This document shows, piece by piece, positions 39,586 to 51,978 of a DNA stretch of 64,000 nucleotides; within the stretch, counting starts at the first letter, position 1, and each line of letters opens with the position of its first letter. The position numbers and the translations under genes were made by a program. This DNA is from Octopus sinensis (Eukaryota). The stretch spans positions 6,944,001 to 7,008,000 of the forward strand of contig NC_043013.1 of NCBI RefSeq assembly GCF_006345805.1, read 5' to 3'. The notes beneath the pieces were generated by a model. The model did not search any database. It was not told the DNA's origin and worked only from the letters and a program-made list of their open reading frames with translations.

Positions 39586-40812
39586 CCCTCTTTAATCTCT
39601 GTCGGCTCGCTCTTTGATTTCTGTCGGCACCTTCTTTGATCTCTGTCGGCACCCTCTTTGATTTCTGTCGGCACCTTCTTTGATCTCTGTCGGCAATCCT
39701 CTTTGATCTCTGTCGGCACGCTCTTTGATCTCTGGAATATCAGGAATGCCTGCAATGTCGGGAATGTCAGGAATGTCTGGAATATCAGGAATATCGGGAA
39801 TTTCTGGAATGACTGGAATGTCTGGAATACCTGTCGGCACCCTCTTTGATCTCTGTCGGCACCATCTTTGATGTCCTCCGCGACCCTCTTTGATCTCTAT
39901 CGGCACTCCTTTTAAATCTCTGTCGGCACACTCTTTGATCTCTGTCGGCACCCTCTTTGATTAATGATTGCACCATATTTGATCTCATTCGTGACCCATG
40001 CTCTTTGATCTCTATCGGCAGGTTCTTTGATCTCTGTCGGCACCCTCATTGATCTCTGTCGGCAACTTCTTTGGTCTATGTAGGCACCCTCTTTGATCTG
40101 TGTCGGCACTTTCTTTGATCTATGTCGGTACTCTCTTTGATCTCTGTCGGCACTCTCTTTGATCTCTGTCGGCACCCTCTTTGATCTCTGTCGTCACTCT
40201 CTTTGATCTCTGTCGGCACCCTCTTTGATCTCTGTCGGCTCCCTCTTTGATCTCTGTAGGCACGCTCTTTGATCTCTGGCGACACCCTGTCGGCACTCTC
40301 TTTGATCTATGTCGGCACTCTCTTTGATCTCTGTCGGCACCCTCTTTGATCTCTGTCGGCAACCTCTTTGGTCTATGTAGGCACCCTCTTTGAACTGTGT
40401 CGGCACTTTCTTTGATCTCTGTCGGCACCCTCTTTGATTTCTATCGGTACTTTCTTTGATCTCTGTCGGCACCCTCTTTGATCTCTGTCGGTACCCACTT
40501 TGATCTCTTTCGACACCGTCTTTGATCAATGTCGGCACGCTCTTTGATCTCCGATGGCACGCTCTTTGATCTCTGTCGGAACCCTCTTTGATCTCTGTCG
40601 GTACGCTCTTTGATCTCTGTCGGCACGCTTTATGATCTCTGTCGGCATCCTCTAGATCGCTTTCGGCATCCTCTTTGGTCTCTGTCAACACTCCTCTTTG
40701 AACTCTTTCGGGACTCTCTTTGATCTCTGTCGGCAGACGTTTTGACCTCTGTCGGCACCCTCTTTCATCTCTGTCGGCACTCCACTTCGAGCTCTGTCGG
40801 CACGCTCTTTGA
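39586..40812 (-). repeat. 22-bp minisatellite array, unit GAGGGTGCCGACAGAGATCAAA on the minus strand
   Basis: Tandem (TTTGATCTCTGTCGGCACCCTC)n with variants; contains a 99-bp 9-mer insert. Confidence 0.97.
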
Positions 40813-41111
40813 TATCAAAGTAGTAGTATTAGTATTAGTAGAAGACGTAGTAGTAGTAATAATAATAATAATAAAAAGAATAAAAAGAATAATAATAATA
40901 ATATTTATAATAAAAATAAATATAATAATAGTAGTAGTAGTAATAGTAATAGTAGTAGTAGTAGTAGTAGTAGTAGTAATTGTAATAATAATAATAATAC
41001 TAGTCGTAGTAGTAGTAGTTGTAGTAGTAGTAGTAATAGTAGTAGTAGTAATATTTATAGTAATAGAAATATTAATAGTAATATTAATAGTAATGGTAAT
41101 AAAAATAATAA

Positions 41112-41145
<34 letters not shown>

Positions 41146-41223
41146 TGTAGTAGTAGTAGTAGTAGTAGTAGTAGTAAATAGTAGTAGTAATAATAATAAT
41201 AATGATAATAATAATAATAATAA

Positions 41224-41700
41224 TTGTCTTGGTATAAAAGATAGGCTACAGCAAATATTCTGCTCAATACCACAGATTTGCTTGTCAGTTGTTTGACCTT
41301 AACCAGTTGAGCATGTCCCTTAGTGGCTGACGATATGTGCATCTCTGATCACGAGCAGAAGTAGTGGGGGAGCATCATAGCCATGTGTTGAGAGGGATTC
41401 TTTGGGGTTTGAATAATTCACCTCTGGAAACATGGGTGGTTCTTTCAACATCCTTAAGCAACCCTTATTCAGGGACCGTTTGAGCGGGATGGGCTACTCA
41501 ACCTGAAGAAAATTCTAACTGGGCCCCACCTGCAAGGTCATGTGCTGTTTATCTTGATATGAGATCACCATGTCGCGCACATATGGTTGTGATGCATGTG
41601 CCTGGTGTACCTTTATCAGACGGGTAGTCATGATGGGTATATTGGGCTTCGTATATTTTACCCCAGTGTCACTTTGATGGCATGAACTGCTCTCTCACTC
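41224..41700 (-). mobile_element. ~480-bp non-coding interspersed element flanked by (AAT)n on both sides
   Basis: Sharp boundaries inside an (AAT)n tract and no ORF. Strand inferred. Confidence 0.6.
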
Positions 41701-41775
<75 letters not shown>

Positions 41776-41984
41776 TGCTGAGCTGAAAGGGAAACAAACC
41801 CTCTGAAGCTACGTCCACAAAAGGAAGTATTTACTAACCAATGCAATCCCACATCAGAATCATTTTTACAAAACAACAAACCACAGCCAAAAGATGAAGT
41901 TAAAGCAATAAAAAAAAGCACTTCACTAATAAATAAAAAGAAATGGCAATTATTGTTATAATGAGACATGTTATGACAGCATAA

Positions 41985-44900
41985 GGGTGCCGAAAGAGAT
42001 CAAAGAGGAGTACCGACAAAGATGAAAGAGGAGTACCGACAAAGATGAAAGAGGAGTGCCGACAAAGATCAAAGAGGGTACCGACAAAGATCAAAGAGGG
42101 TGCCGACAAAGATCAAAGAGGGTGCCGACAAAGATCAAAGAGGGTACCGACAAAGATCAAAGAGGCTGCCGACAAAGATCAAAGAGGAGTGCTGACAAAG
42201 ATCAAAGAGGAGTGCCGACAAAGATCAAAGAGGAGTGCCTACAAAGATCAAAGAGGGTGCCGACAAAGATCAAAGAGGGTGCCGACAAAGATCAAAGAGG
42301 GTGCCGACAAAGATCAAAGAGGGTGTCGACAAAGATCAAAGAGGATTGCCGACAAAGATGAAAGAGGAGTGCCGAAAGAGATCAAAGAGGGTACCGACAA
42401 GGATCAAAGAGGGTGCCGAAAGAGATCAAAGAGGAGTGTCGACAAAGATCAAAGAGGAGTGCCGACAAAGATCAAAGAGTAGTGTCGACAAAGATCAAAG
42501 AGGAGTGCCGACAAAGATGAAAGAGGAGTGTCGACAAAGATCAAAGAGGGTGCCGACAATGATCAAAGAGGGTACCGAAAAAGATCAATGAGGGTGCCAA
42601 CAAAGATCAAAGAGGGTGCCGAGAGGGATCAAAGAGGGTGCCGAAAGAGATCAAAGAGGAGTGCCGACAAAGATCAAAGAGGAGTGTCGACAAAGGTCAA
42701 AGAGGAGTGCCGACAAAGATCAAAGAGGAGTACCGATAAAGATCAAAGAGGGTGCCGAAAAAGATCAAAGAGGGTGCCGACAAAGATCAAAGAGGGTGCC
42801 GAAAAAGATCAAAGAGGGTGCCGACAAAGATCGAAGAGGAGTGCCGACAAAGATGAAAGAGGAGTGTCGACAAAGATCAAAGAGGCTGCCGACAAAGATC
42901 AAAGAGGGTGCCGAAAAAGATCAAAGAGGGTGCCGACAAAGATCAAAGAGGGTGCCGAAAGAGATCAAAGAGGAGTGCCGACAAAGATCAAAGAGGGTGC
43001 CGAAAAAAATCAAAGAGGGTGCCAACAAGATCAAGAGGGTGCCGAGAGGAGCGAGAGAGAGAGAGATCAAAGAGGAGTGCCAAAGTGCCAACAAAGATCA
43101 AAGAGGGTGCCGAAAAAGATCAAAGAGGGTGCCGACAAAGTTCAAAGAGGAGTGCCGACAAAGATGAAAGAGGAGTGTCGACAAAGATCAAAGAGGGTGC
43201 CGACAAAGATCAAAGAGGGTGCCGAAAAAGATCAAAGAGGGTGCCGACAAAGATCAAAGAGGATGCCGAGAGAGATCAAAGAGGAGTGCCGACAAGGATC
43301 AAAGAGGGTGCCGAAAAAGATCAAAGAGGCTGCCGACAAAGATCAAAGAGGAGTGCCGACAAAGATCAAAGAGGAGTGCCGACAAAGATCAAAGAGGAGT
43401 ACCGATAAAGATCAAAGAGGGTGCCGAAAAAGATCAAAGAGGGTGCCGACAAAGATCAAAGAGGGTGCCGACAAAGATCAAAGAGGGTGTCATAAGAGAT
43501 CAAAGAGTGCCGACAAAGATCAAAGAGGAGTGCCGACAAAGATCAAAGAGGAGTGCCGACCGACAAAGATCAAAGAGGATTGCCGAAAAAGATCAAGGAG
43601 GGTGCCGAAAGAGATCAAAGAGGATTGCCGAAAAAGATCAAAGAGGGTGCCGACAAAGATCAAAGAGGGTGCCGAAAGAGATCAAAGAGGGTGCCGACAA
43701 AGATCAAAGAGGGTACCGACAAAGATCAAAGAGGGTACCGAAATAGATCAAAGAAGGAGTGCCGACAACGATCAAAAAGAGTGCCGACAAAGATCAAAGA
43801 GGGTGCTGAAAGAGATCAAAGAGGAGTGTCGACAAAGATCAAAGAGGGTGCCGACAAAGATCAAAGAGGGTGTCATAAGAGATCAAAGAGGAGTACCGAC
43901 AAAGATCAAAGAGGAGTGCCGACAAAGTTCAAAGAGGAGTGCCGACAAAAATCAAAGTGGAGTGTCGACCGACAAAGATCAAAGAGATTGCCGAAAAAGC
44001 GAAAAAGATCAAAGAGGGTGCCGACAAAGATCAAAGAGGGTGCCGAAAAAGATCAAAGAGGGTGCCGACAAAGACCAAAGAGGGTGCCGAAAGAGATCAA
44101 AGAGGAGTGCCGACAAAGATCAAAGAGGTGTGCCGACAAAGATCAAAGAGGGTGCCGAAAAAAATCAAAGAGGGTGCCAACAAAGATCAAAGAGGGTGCC
44201 GAGAGAGATCAAAGAGGAGTGCCAACAAAGATCAAAGAGGGTGCCGAAAAAGATCAAAGAGGGTGCCGACAAAGTTCAAAGAGGAGTGCCGACAAAGATG
44301 AAAGAGGAGTGTCGACAAAGATCAAAGAGGGTGCCGACAAAGATCAAAGAGGGTTCCGAAAAAGATCAAAGAGGGTGCCGACAAAGATCAAAGAGGGTGC
44401 CGACAAAGATCAAAGAGGGTGTCATAAGAGATCAAAGAGTGCCGACAAAGATCAAAGAGGAGTGCCGACAAAGATCAAAGAGGAGTGCCGACCGACAAAG
44501 ATCAAAGAGGATTGCCGAAAAAGATCAAGGAGGGTGCCGAAAGAGATCAAAGAGGATTGCCGAAAAAGATCAAAGAGGGTGCCGAAAGAGATCAAAGAGA
44601 AGTGCCGACAAAGATCAAAGAGGGTGCCGACAAAGATCAAAGAGGGAGCCGAAGTAGATCAAAGAAGAGTGCCGACAATTATCAAAGAGGCGTGTCGACA
44701 AATATCAAATAGGGTGCCGACAAAGATCAAAGAGGGTACCGAAATAGATCAAAGAAGGAGTGCCGACAACGATCAAAAAGAGTGCCGACAAAGATCAAAG
44801 AGGGTGCCGAAAGAGATCAAAGAGGAGTGCCGACAAAGATCAAAGAGGAGTGCCGACAACGATGAAAGAGGAGTGTCGACAAAAAATCAAAGAGGGTGCC

Positions 44901-45865
44901 GACAAAGATCAAAGAGGGTGCCGAAATAGATCAAAGATCAAAGAGGACTGCTGACAAAGATCAAAAAGGAGTGCCGACAAAGATCAAAGAGGAGAGCCGA
45001 CAAAGATCAAAGAGGAGTGTCGACAAAGATCAAAGAGGGTGCTGAAAGAGATCAAAGAGGAGTGTCGACAAAGATCAAAGAGGGTGCCGACAAAGATCAA
45101 AGAGGGTGTCATAAGAGATCAAAGAGGAGTACCGACAAAGATCAAAGAGGAGTGCCGACAAAGTTCAAAGAGGAGTGCCGACAAAAATCAAAGTGGAGTG
45201 TCGACCGACAAAGATCAAAGAGGATTGCCGAAAAAGATCAAAGAGGGTGCCGACAAAGATCAAAGAGGGTGCCGAAAGAGATCAAAGAGGAGTGCCGACA
45301 AAGATCACAGAGGGTGCCGACAAAGATCAAAGAGGGTGCCGACAAAGATCAAAGAGGGTGCCGACAAAGATCAAAGAGTAGTGCCGACAATGATCAAAGA
45401 GGAGTGTCGACAAAGATCAAATAGGGTGCCGACAAAGATCAAAGAGGGTACCGAAAGAGATCAAAGAGGGAGTGCCGACAACGATCAAAAAGAGTGCCGA
45501 CAAAGATCAAAAAGGGTGCCGAAAGAGATCAAAGAGGAGTGCCGACAAAGATCAAAGAGGAGTGCCGACAACGATGAAAGAGGAGTGTCGACAAAAATCA
45601 AAGAGGGTACCGAAAGAGATCGAAGAGGGTGCCGAAATAGATCAAAGAGGGTGCCGAAAAAGATCAAAGAGGACTGCTGACAAAGATCAAAAAGGATAGC
45701 CGACAAAGCTCAAAGAGGAGTGCCGACAAAGATCAAAGAGGAGTGTCGACAAAGATCAAAGAGGGTGCCGAAAGAGATCAAAGAGGAGCGCCGACAAAGA
45801 TCAAAGAGGGTGTCATAAGAGATCAAAGAGGAGTGCCTACAAAGATCAAAGAGGAGTGCTGACAA
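41985..45865 (+). repeat. 22/23-bp minisatellite array GATCAAAGAGG(A)GTGCCGACAAA, opposite orientation to the left array
   Basis: ~3.9 kb tandem array with higher-order block duplications. Confidence 0.97.
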
Positions 45866-46291
45866 TGTAAAGTTGACTTCAAGATTTAAATATTAAGGGT
45901 TGAACTAAATAACACTAGGTATTTTGTCTAATGCTCTACCGATTCTACCAACTTGTCATCATCATCATCATCCTCATCATCATTACCATGCTCATCATCT
46001 TTAGCTTTGTTGTTATCATCGTTACCATCATAGCTTATATTCTAAATTTGAAATATTTTTTACTGGATTTAAATATTTTCTTAACGACTTCCCAGGCTCA
46101 GGTAATAATTTTTGTTTTTGTTTTAGTTGGATCACTGTATGTAATCTATTTTTTGTTGTTGTTGTTATTGTTGATGATATTTTGGTTTCTTTTTCCTTTG
46201 GTGGGTTTGATGTAGCTCTAAACTGTCTGATCAACTGACTGGATCAACTGCAACCTTCATCATCGTAACCAATGGAGTGCTAGAAAGATGA

Positions 46292-46363
<72 letters not shown>

Positions 46364-48978
46364 ATATTAATAATATTAATTAGGGAATATGATTCCAAAC
46401 TTACAGGGAAAAATTCAACTTAGTAATACTAAATCAAATTTCACAATATATAGAACCAAATAAAGTACTTTATTTGGTTCTAGGCAAATGTTTTATCGTA
46501 TATTTAATTATTTTCTACATGGTATGATTTAATTATATCATTGTTGAATTGCTACATGGTGGTTCTTCTCTAATTTATATACATACATATATATATATAT
46601 ATATACATATAGACCACATTTATCAAATAATAAAATATATATATTGTTATTTGATAGAGGTGGTCAGCTCAGCTTGAATAGAACTATGACAGATTATCAG
46701 TAAATCCAATGATAATCCAATGAAATATTCACGCTTCATCACGTGGCAGTTTAAATGAAGGTTGTATCTTATGCAATTTAAATGAAGGTTGTATCTTATG
46801 TAAGAGATTTTTTTTTGTTTAAGGGAAAAATAGAAAAATAAGAGTGAACGTTCATTTTACAAGTGCTGTGTATTAAGTCTATAAAATTGTGCATAAAGTA
46901 TATAAAATGTATATATAAAATGCCTTAAGTAATCATCATATTCCAATTTCTTTCATTTTTCAATGAGTAGCAGATGAGCAACTATTTTTCCATACAGACA
47001 CAACACAGGCTACACTTTAATGCTTTTTGGATAAAGTTTCCAGAAATAACCCAATACGTTTAATTCCGTGAAATATTCACGGGTCCTGTTAGTAAATAAA
47101 TAAAAGACATGAATAATTTCAAAATTATTTCAAAATTTATAGAGAAAAAATGAGGAACCTGCCAACTAGAGAGTAAATACATTATCCCTTTAACATATCT
47201 GGTCCAAATACTCTACCTATTTTATGCTCAAAGTAACCAGATCTAGCCTCTCAGACTTACCCAACAATGCCATTCTAAAAATAAACAATCACATATTCAA
47301 AATCTCAAAGCTACAAGATAATGCATGATTTATTCAAAATAATATGACTAAATAAACATTACCTTTGACATATTAATCTGAATGATAAAAGGTTAAAGCA
47401 AGGATCAGCAAAATGGCTTGTATTGAACACCTAGGCAGTCTATGAGATATCCAAGGGATCAATAAACACCTAAAATGATTTTGAGCATTTAGGGCGCTGA
47501 ATTATTAGCAAACTAACTGTGGACAAATGCAGAAACTATTTTCCAGGCCAAATATGGATTCACTAACTAGTACTAATCAAAGGCATACTTCACATGAAAT
47601 GTTCCAATGGCTGTGTGGTAAGAAGCTAGCTTCCCAACCACATGGTTCTGGGTTCAGCCCCACTGCGTGACACCTTGGGCAAGTGTCTTATACTACAGCC
47701 TTGGGCTGCCCAAAGCCTTATGAGTGGATTTGGTAGACAGAAACTGAAAGAAGAAGGCAGCAAGCTGGCAGAAACGTTAGCACGCCAGGTGAAATGCTTA
47801 GTATTTCGTCTACCGCTACATTCTGAGTTCAAATTCCACCTAGGTTGACTTTGCCTTTCATCCTTTCGGGGTCGATTAACTAAGTACCAGTTACGCACTG
47901 GGCTCATATAATCGACTTAATCCATTTGTCTGTGCTTGTTTGTTCCCTCTGTGTGTAGCCCCTAGTGGGCAGTAATGAAATAAGAAACTGAAAGAAGCCC
48001 ATCATGTGCGTGTGAGCATGAGTGTGTGTGTATATACATACATATGTATGTGTGTGTCTTTGTTTGTACCTCATCACCATTTGACAACAGGTGTTGATGT
48101 GTTTACACCTCCATAACTTAGCAGTTCAGCAAGGGCGAAAGGTAAAGTTGACCTTGATGGAATTTGAACTCCAGATTGTAAAGAGCTAGAAGAAATACTA
48201 CTAAATATTTTGTCTGGCAAACTAATGATTCTGTCAGCTCATCACCTTTTTCAATGCTGGAATGAGTTGAACAGTTCAACATGAACAGATGAGCTAGAGG
48301 GCTGTGCTGTGTTCCAATGTTGGCTTTGGTATAGTTTTTAAAGCTGGACGCCCTTTCTAATATCAACCACTTCACAATGTGTACAAGGTGCTTTTTTTTG
48401 TGGCACCAGCACTGGTGTGGCCACTAAGTACTTACAAGACAAGAGCCCTCAACTAAGTAAGAGTATAGAATTCAAGGATGAGAAAGATAGTGGGCATCAG
48501 TTGTTAGTTGTCGGAGCACTGCATCCTTCAAAACTTCCATGCTTCCTGAGATTCGCCAACACTACACCTAATTTTCTCCCCTCCATACACAAGCAAGCAT
48601 TTATCTGACTCATACACTGTTCGCTTTCCAGACATTTGTACATTATTGCATATGCTTTATATGCACTTCTGACAAGTTATGGTGCACCTGAGCACTGTAT
48701 ACAATAATTTCATTATCATTTTAAGAGCAGGTGTGTGTAGCTGAAGAGAAAGAGAGAGAGAGAGAGAGAGACATAGACAGACAGACGGACAGCCAGAGAG
48801 ACAGGGATGTGAGGTCAAGGTACAAAGTAAATATGAAGACGAATAGAATAGAGAAACAGAGGAACAGAAAAAGTGAACAGGTTGGTAAGTTTGCTAGAGT
48901 GAGAATAGCATGACAGATGATTAGGGAAAGGGAATGAGCTGGGTGTAGAGATTCTTATGGAGTTAGGGAACAGCTTAC

Positions 48979-49047
48979 CTTTTTTTGTTTACACTTGGGT
49001 CCATAATCAGAGAGAAGTCTCAAGACATTGGCATCAAGACGTTGCAC
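48979..49047 (-). CDS. Candidate isolated 69-nt internal exon of an unidentified gene
   Basis: ttgttgatttcAG|GTG...AAAG|GTAAGC. Only phase 0 is open (VQRLDANVLRLLSDYGPKCKQKK). No homology recognised. Confidence 0.4.
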
Positions 49048-50769
49048 CTGAAATCAACAATTTGTAAATGGAAATCACTTTTTTTAAAGCTAGGTGAGTT
49101 ACATTGTTAGTTGTTTTGCAATTGTCATAAAAATTAGGGAGTTTAGGTAACAGAATGTTACACTTATTGCTGAAGAAGCTTTTATGACTAGGCAAAGTGA
49201 GAAGAGGAAGTGAAATGGAAATATGTCAATCAAAACGATACGATCACATGATCAATCAGGTGATTAAATGACTCATTTTTGTTGGATGAAGGATCACAAG
49301 CTTTGAGGAACTATGAGAAGCTACAAAGTGAATTATCAGTTTTAAATAAATATGAATACAAATAAACTCTATTACATACACAGAGTACTTAATTCTCATT
49401 TGTACATCCAAGTATATGTGTGGTGGCCATGGTGGAGCTGACAGTTGATCAGCCACTCCCATGTGCATATGTATATATATATATCATCATCATCATCATC
49501 ATCGTTTAACGTCCGCTTTCCATGCTAGCATGGGTTGGACGGTTCAACTGCGGTCTGTGATGCCCGAAGGCTGCACCAGGCCAGTCAGATCTGGCAGTGT
49601 TTCTACAGCTGGATGCCCTTCCTAACGCCAACCACTCCGTTATATTTTATATAAATAAAATATTTCGTTCTTGACATTAGCAGCCGGTCATGTTGCAAAG
49701 GTATTGGTCTACCAGCTGAATAGTCAGAACCTGATTTTATTTAATACTTTTGGGGCTAAACTATATCCTTGGCAAAAGTGCCAAAGTCTCAAACTGGCCA
49801 TTCCACCAAGCTGTAAATCGGTATTGCAAGGTGGAATGTTCCAGTGACATAAGCAAAAAACACTGTAAATCTAAATATTTCATCACCTTACAAGATCCCC
49901 TTCCAGGGACTTATAGAGAGCTTCAATGAGCAAAACTTAACAAGGGATTTTACATATAATTCCTTGATCTGCTAGAAATAGCAGTATAATCTTCTTTAAC
50001 CCTTTAGCATTCAAACTAGCCATATGCACTAGATGATTAATTCCAGGTTTAAAGGGTAAAGACTCCCTTCAGTCACGAATGACTATGAGATTGCACCTAG
50101 AAAGTTACCCTCCAAAGCACAAGCCTGGGCAAGGTTGTTTATGGAAGACCAGCAGTCATCCATGCATACCAGCCTCCCCTCACAACACCACTGATGTTAC
50201 CCAAGAGAAAACCAAAGGCTGACACAGCTTGGCACCAGTGATGTTGCAACTCATTTCTATGGCCGAGTGAAGTGGAGCAACATGAATTTGAACTTTGAAT
50301 GTAAAAACAGGCGAAATACCGCTAAGCATTTCGCCCGGCATGCTAATGTTTCTTATTTCTTTACTGCCCACAAGGGACTACACACAGAGGGGACAAACAA
50401 GGACAGACAAACAGATTAAGTCGACTATATCGACCCTAGTGCATAACTGGTACTTATTTAATCAACCCCAAAAGGTTGAAAGGCAAAGTCGACCTCGGCA
50501 GAATTTGAACTCAGAACGTAGCAGCAGACAAAATACCTATTTCTTTACTACCCACAAGGGGCTAAACACAGAGAGGACAAACAAGGACAGACAAACGGAT
50601 TAAGTCGATTATATCGACCCCAGTGCGTAACTGGTACTTATTTAATCGACCCCAAAAGGATGAAAGGCAAATTCGACCTCGGCTGAATTTGAACTCAGAA
50701 GGTAGCGCAGACGAAATACTGCTAAGCATTTCGTTCAGCATGCTAATGTTTCTGTCAGCTCGCCGCCTT

Positions 50770-51125
50770 CAGGAGTGTAGTGGGTGTTTTGTTTACATAC
50801 CACCAGCACAGGTACCATTGACCTGACACCGACATCGACCACAATTACGGTCTCACCTGACTTGCTTGTGTAGACCTGCCAAGCCAAGTGAGACCGTAGT
50901 CGTGGCCAATGATGGTGTCGTGTCGATGGCACCTGTGCCGGTGGTACCACGTAAAAAACACCCACTACACTCTCGACATTCGGAGTGGTTGGCATTAGGA
51001 AGGGCATCCAGCCACAGAAACCCTGTCATATCAGATCAGAACCTGGTGAAACTCCTTGGCTTATCAGCTTTCAGTCAAACCGTCTAACCCATGCCAACAT
51101 GAAAAACGGACGTTAAATGAAGATG
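50770..51125 (+). mobile_element. SINE body ending in GGACGTTAAA(TGA)n
   Basis: GAAGGGCATCCAGC core and CCATGC...GGACGTTAAA tail; an inverted copy lies at 49486-49640. Confidence 0.7.
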
Positions 51126-51741
51126 ACTAATATTAATAAAGGACCCATGGGGACACATCGATTGACGAGCAGTTTCAGTTAATCGACCTCGAAAGAATGA
51201 AAGGCAGAATTTGAACACGGAACATTCAAGAAACTTAGTTCTGCCGCTATGCAATTTGTCCGACGCGCTAACGACTCTGCCAGTCTACCGCCTTAAAATA
51301 AGGAAATGTCTATATCTGAAGAGAATGTCATAGCACAGAAGGAATAATTTCATAGCACTGTGTCAGTCGTTTGTATCACAGGCCAAGTGAAATCGATTCG
51401 GGGATGATGATGTCCGAGTTTTATAAACGAACTCCATGAAAGATCCAAAAGTTACACAATAACGAGGGTGAAAGGGAGATAACCTAGGCTATATCTAAAG
51501 GTGACGTAATGCTAAGATTGTTATGTTCTGTTTACTCTTTTACCCTTTTACTTGTTTCAGTCATTTGACTGTGGCTATGCTGGAGCACCGCCTTTAGTCG
51601 GGCAAATTGACCCCAGGACTTATTCTTTCTAAGCCTAGTACTTATTCTATCGGTCTCTTTTGCCGAACCGCTAACACACCAGCATCGGTTGTCAAGCGAT
51701 GTTGGGGGGACAAACACAGACACACAAACATATACACACAT

Positions 51742-51847
<106 letters not shown>

Positions 51848-51850
51848 GTA

Positions 51851-51922
<72 letters not shown>

Positions 51923-51925
51923 ATG

Positions 51926-51978
<53 letters not shown>

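Noticed and set aside
41590-41700. HDV-like ribozyme at the end of the (AAT)n-flanked element
   Set aside because: Candidate P1 and P2 pairings exist, but there is no room for P3/L3.
42528-44929. 709-aa and 458-aa K/R/E/C-rich ORFs (protamine-like appearance)
   Set aside because: The 22-mer lacks stops in all three plus frames, so long ORFs arise automatically; 22/23-bp indels shift frame freely.
39586-45865. CRISPR-like regular repeats
   Set aside because: No unique spacers, no cas genes, eukaryotic context.
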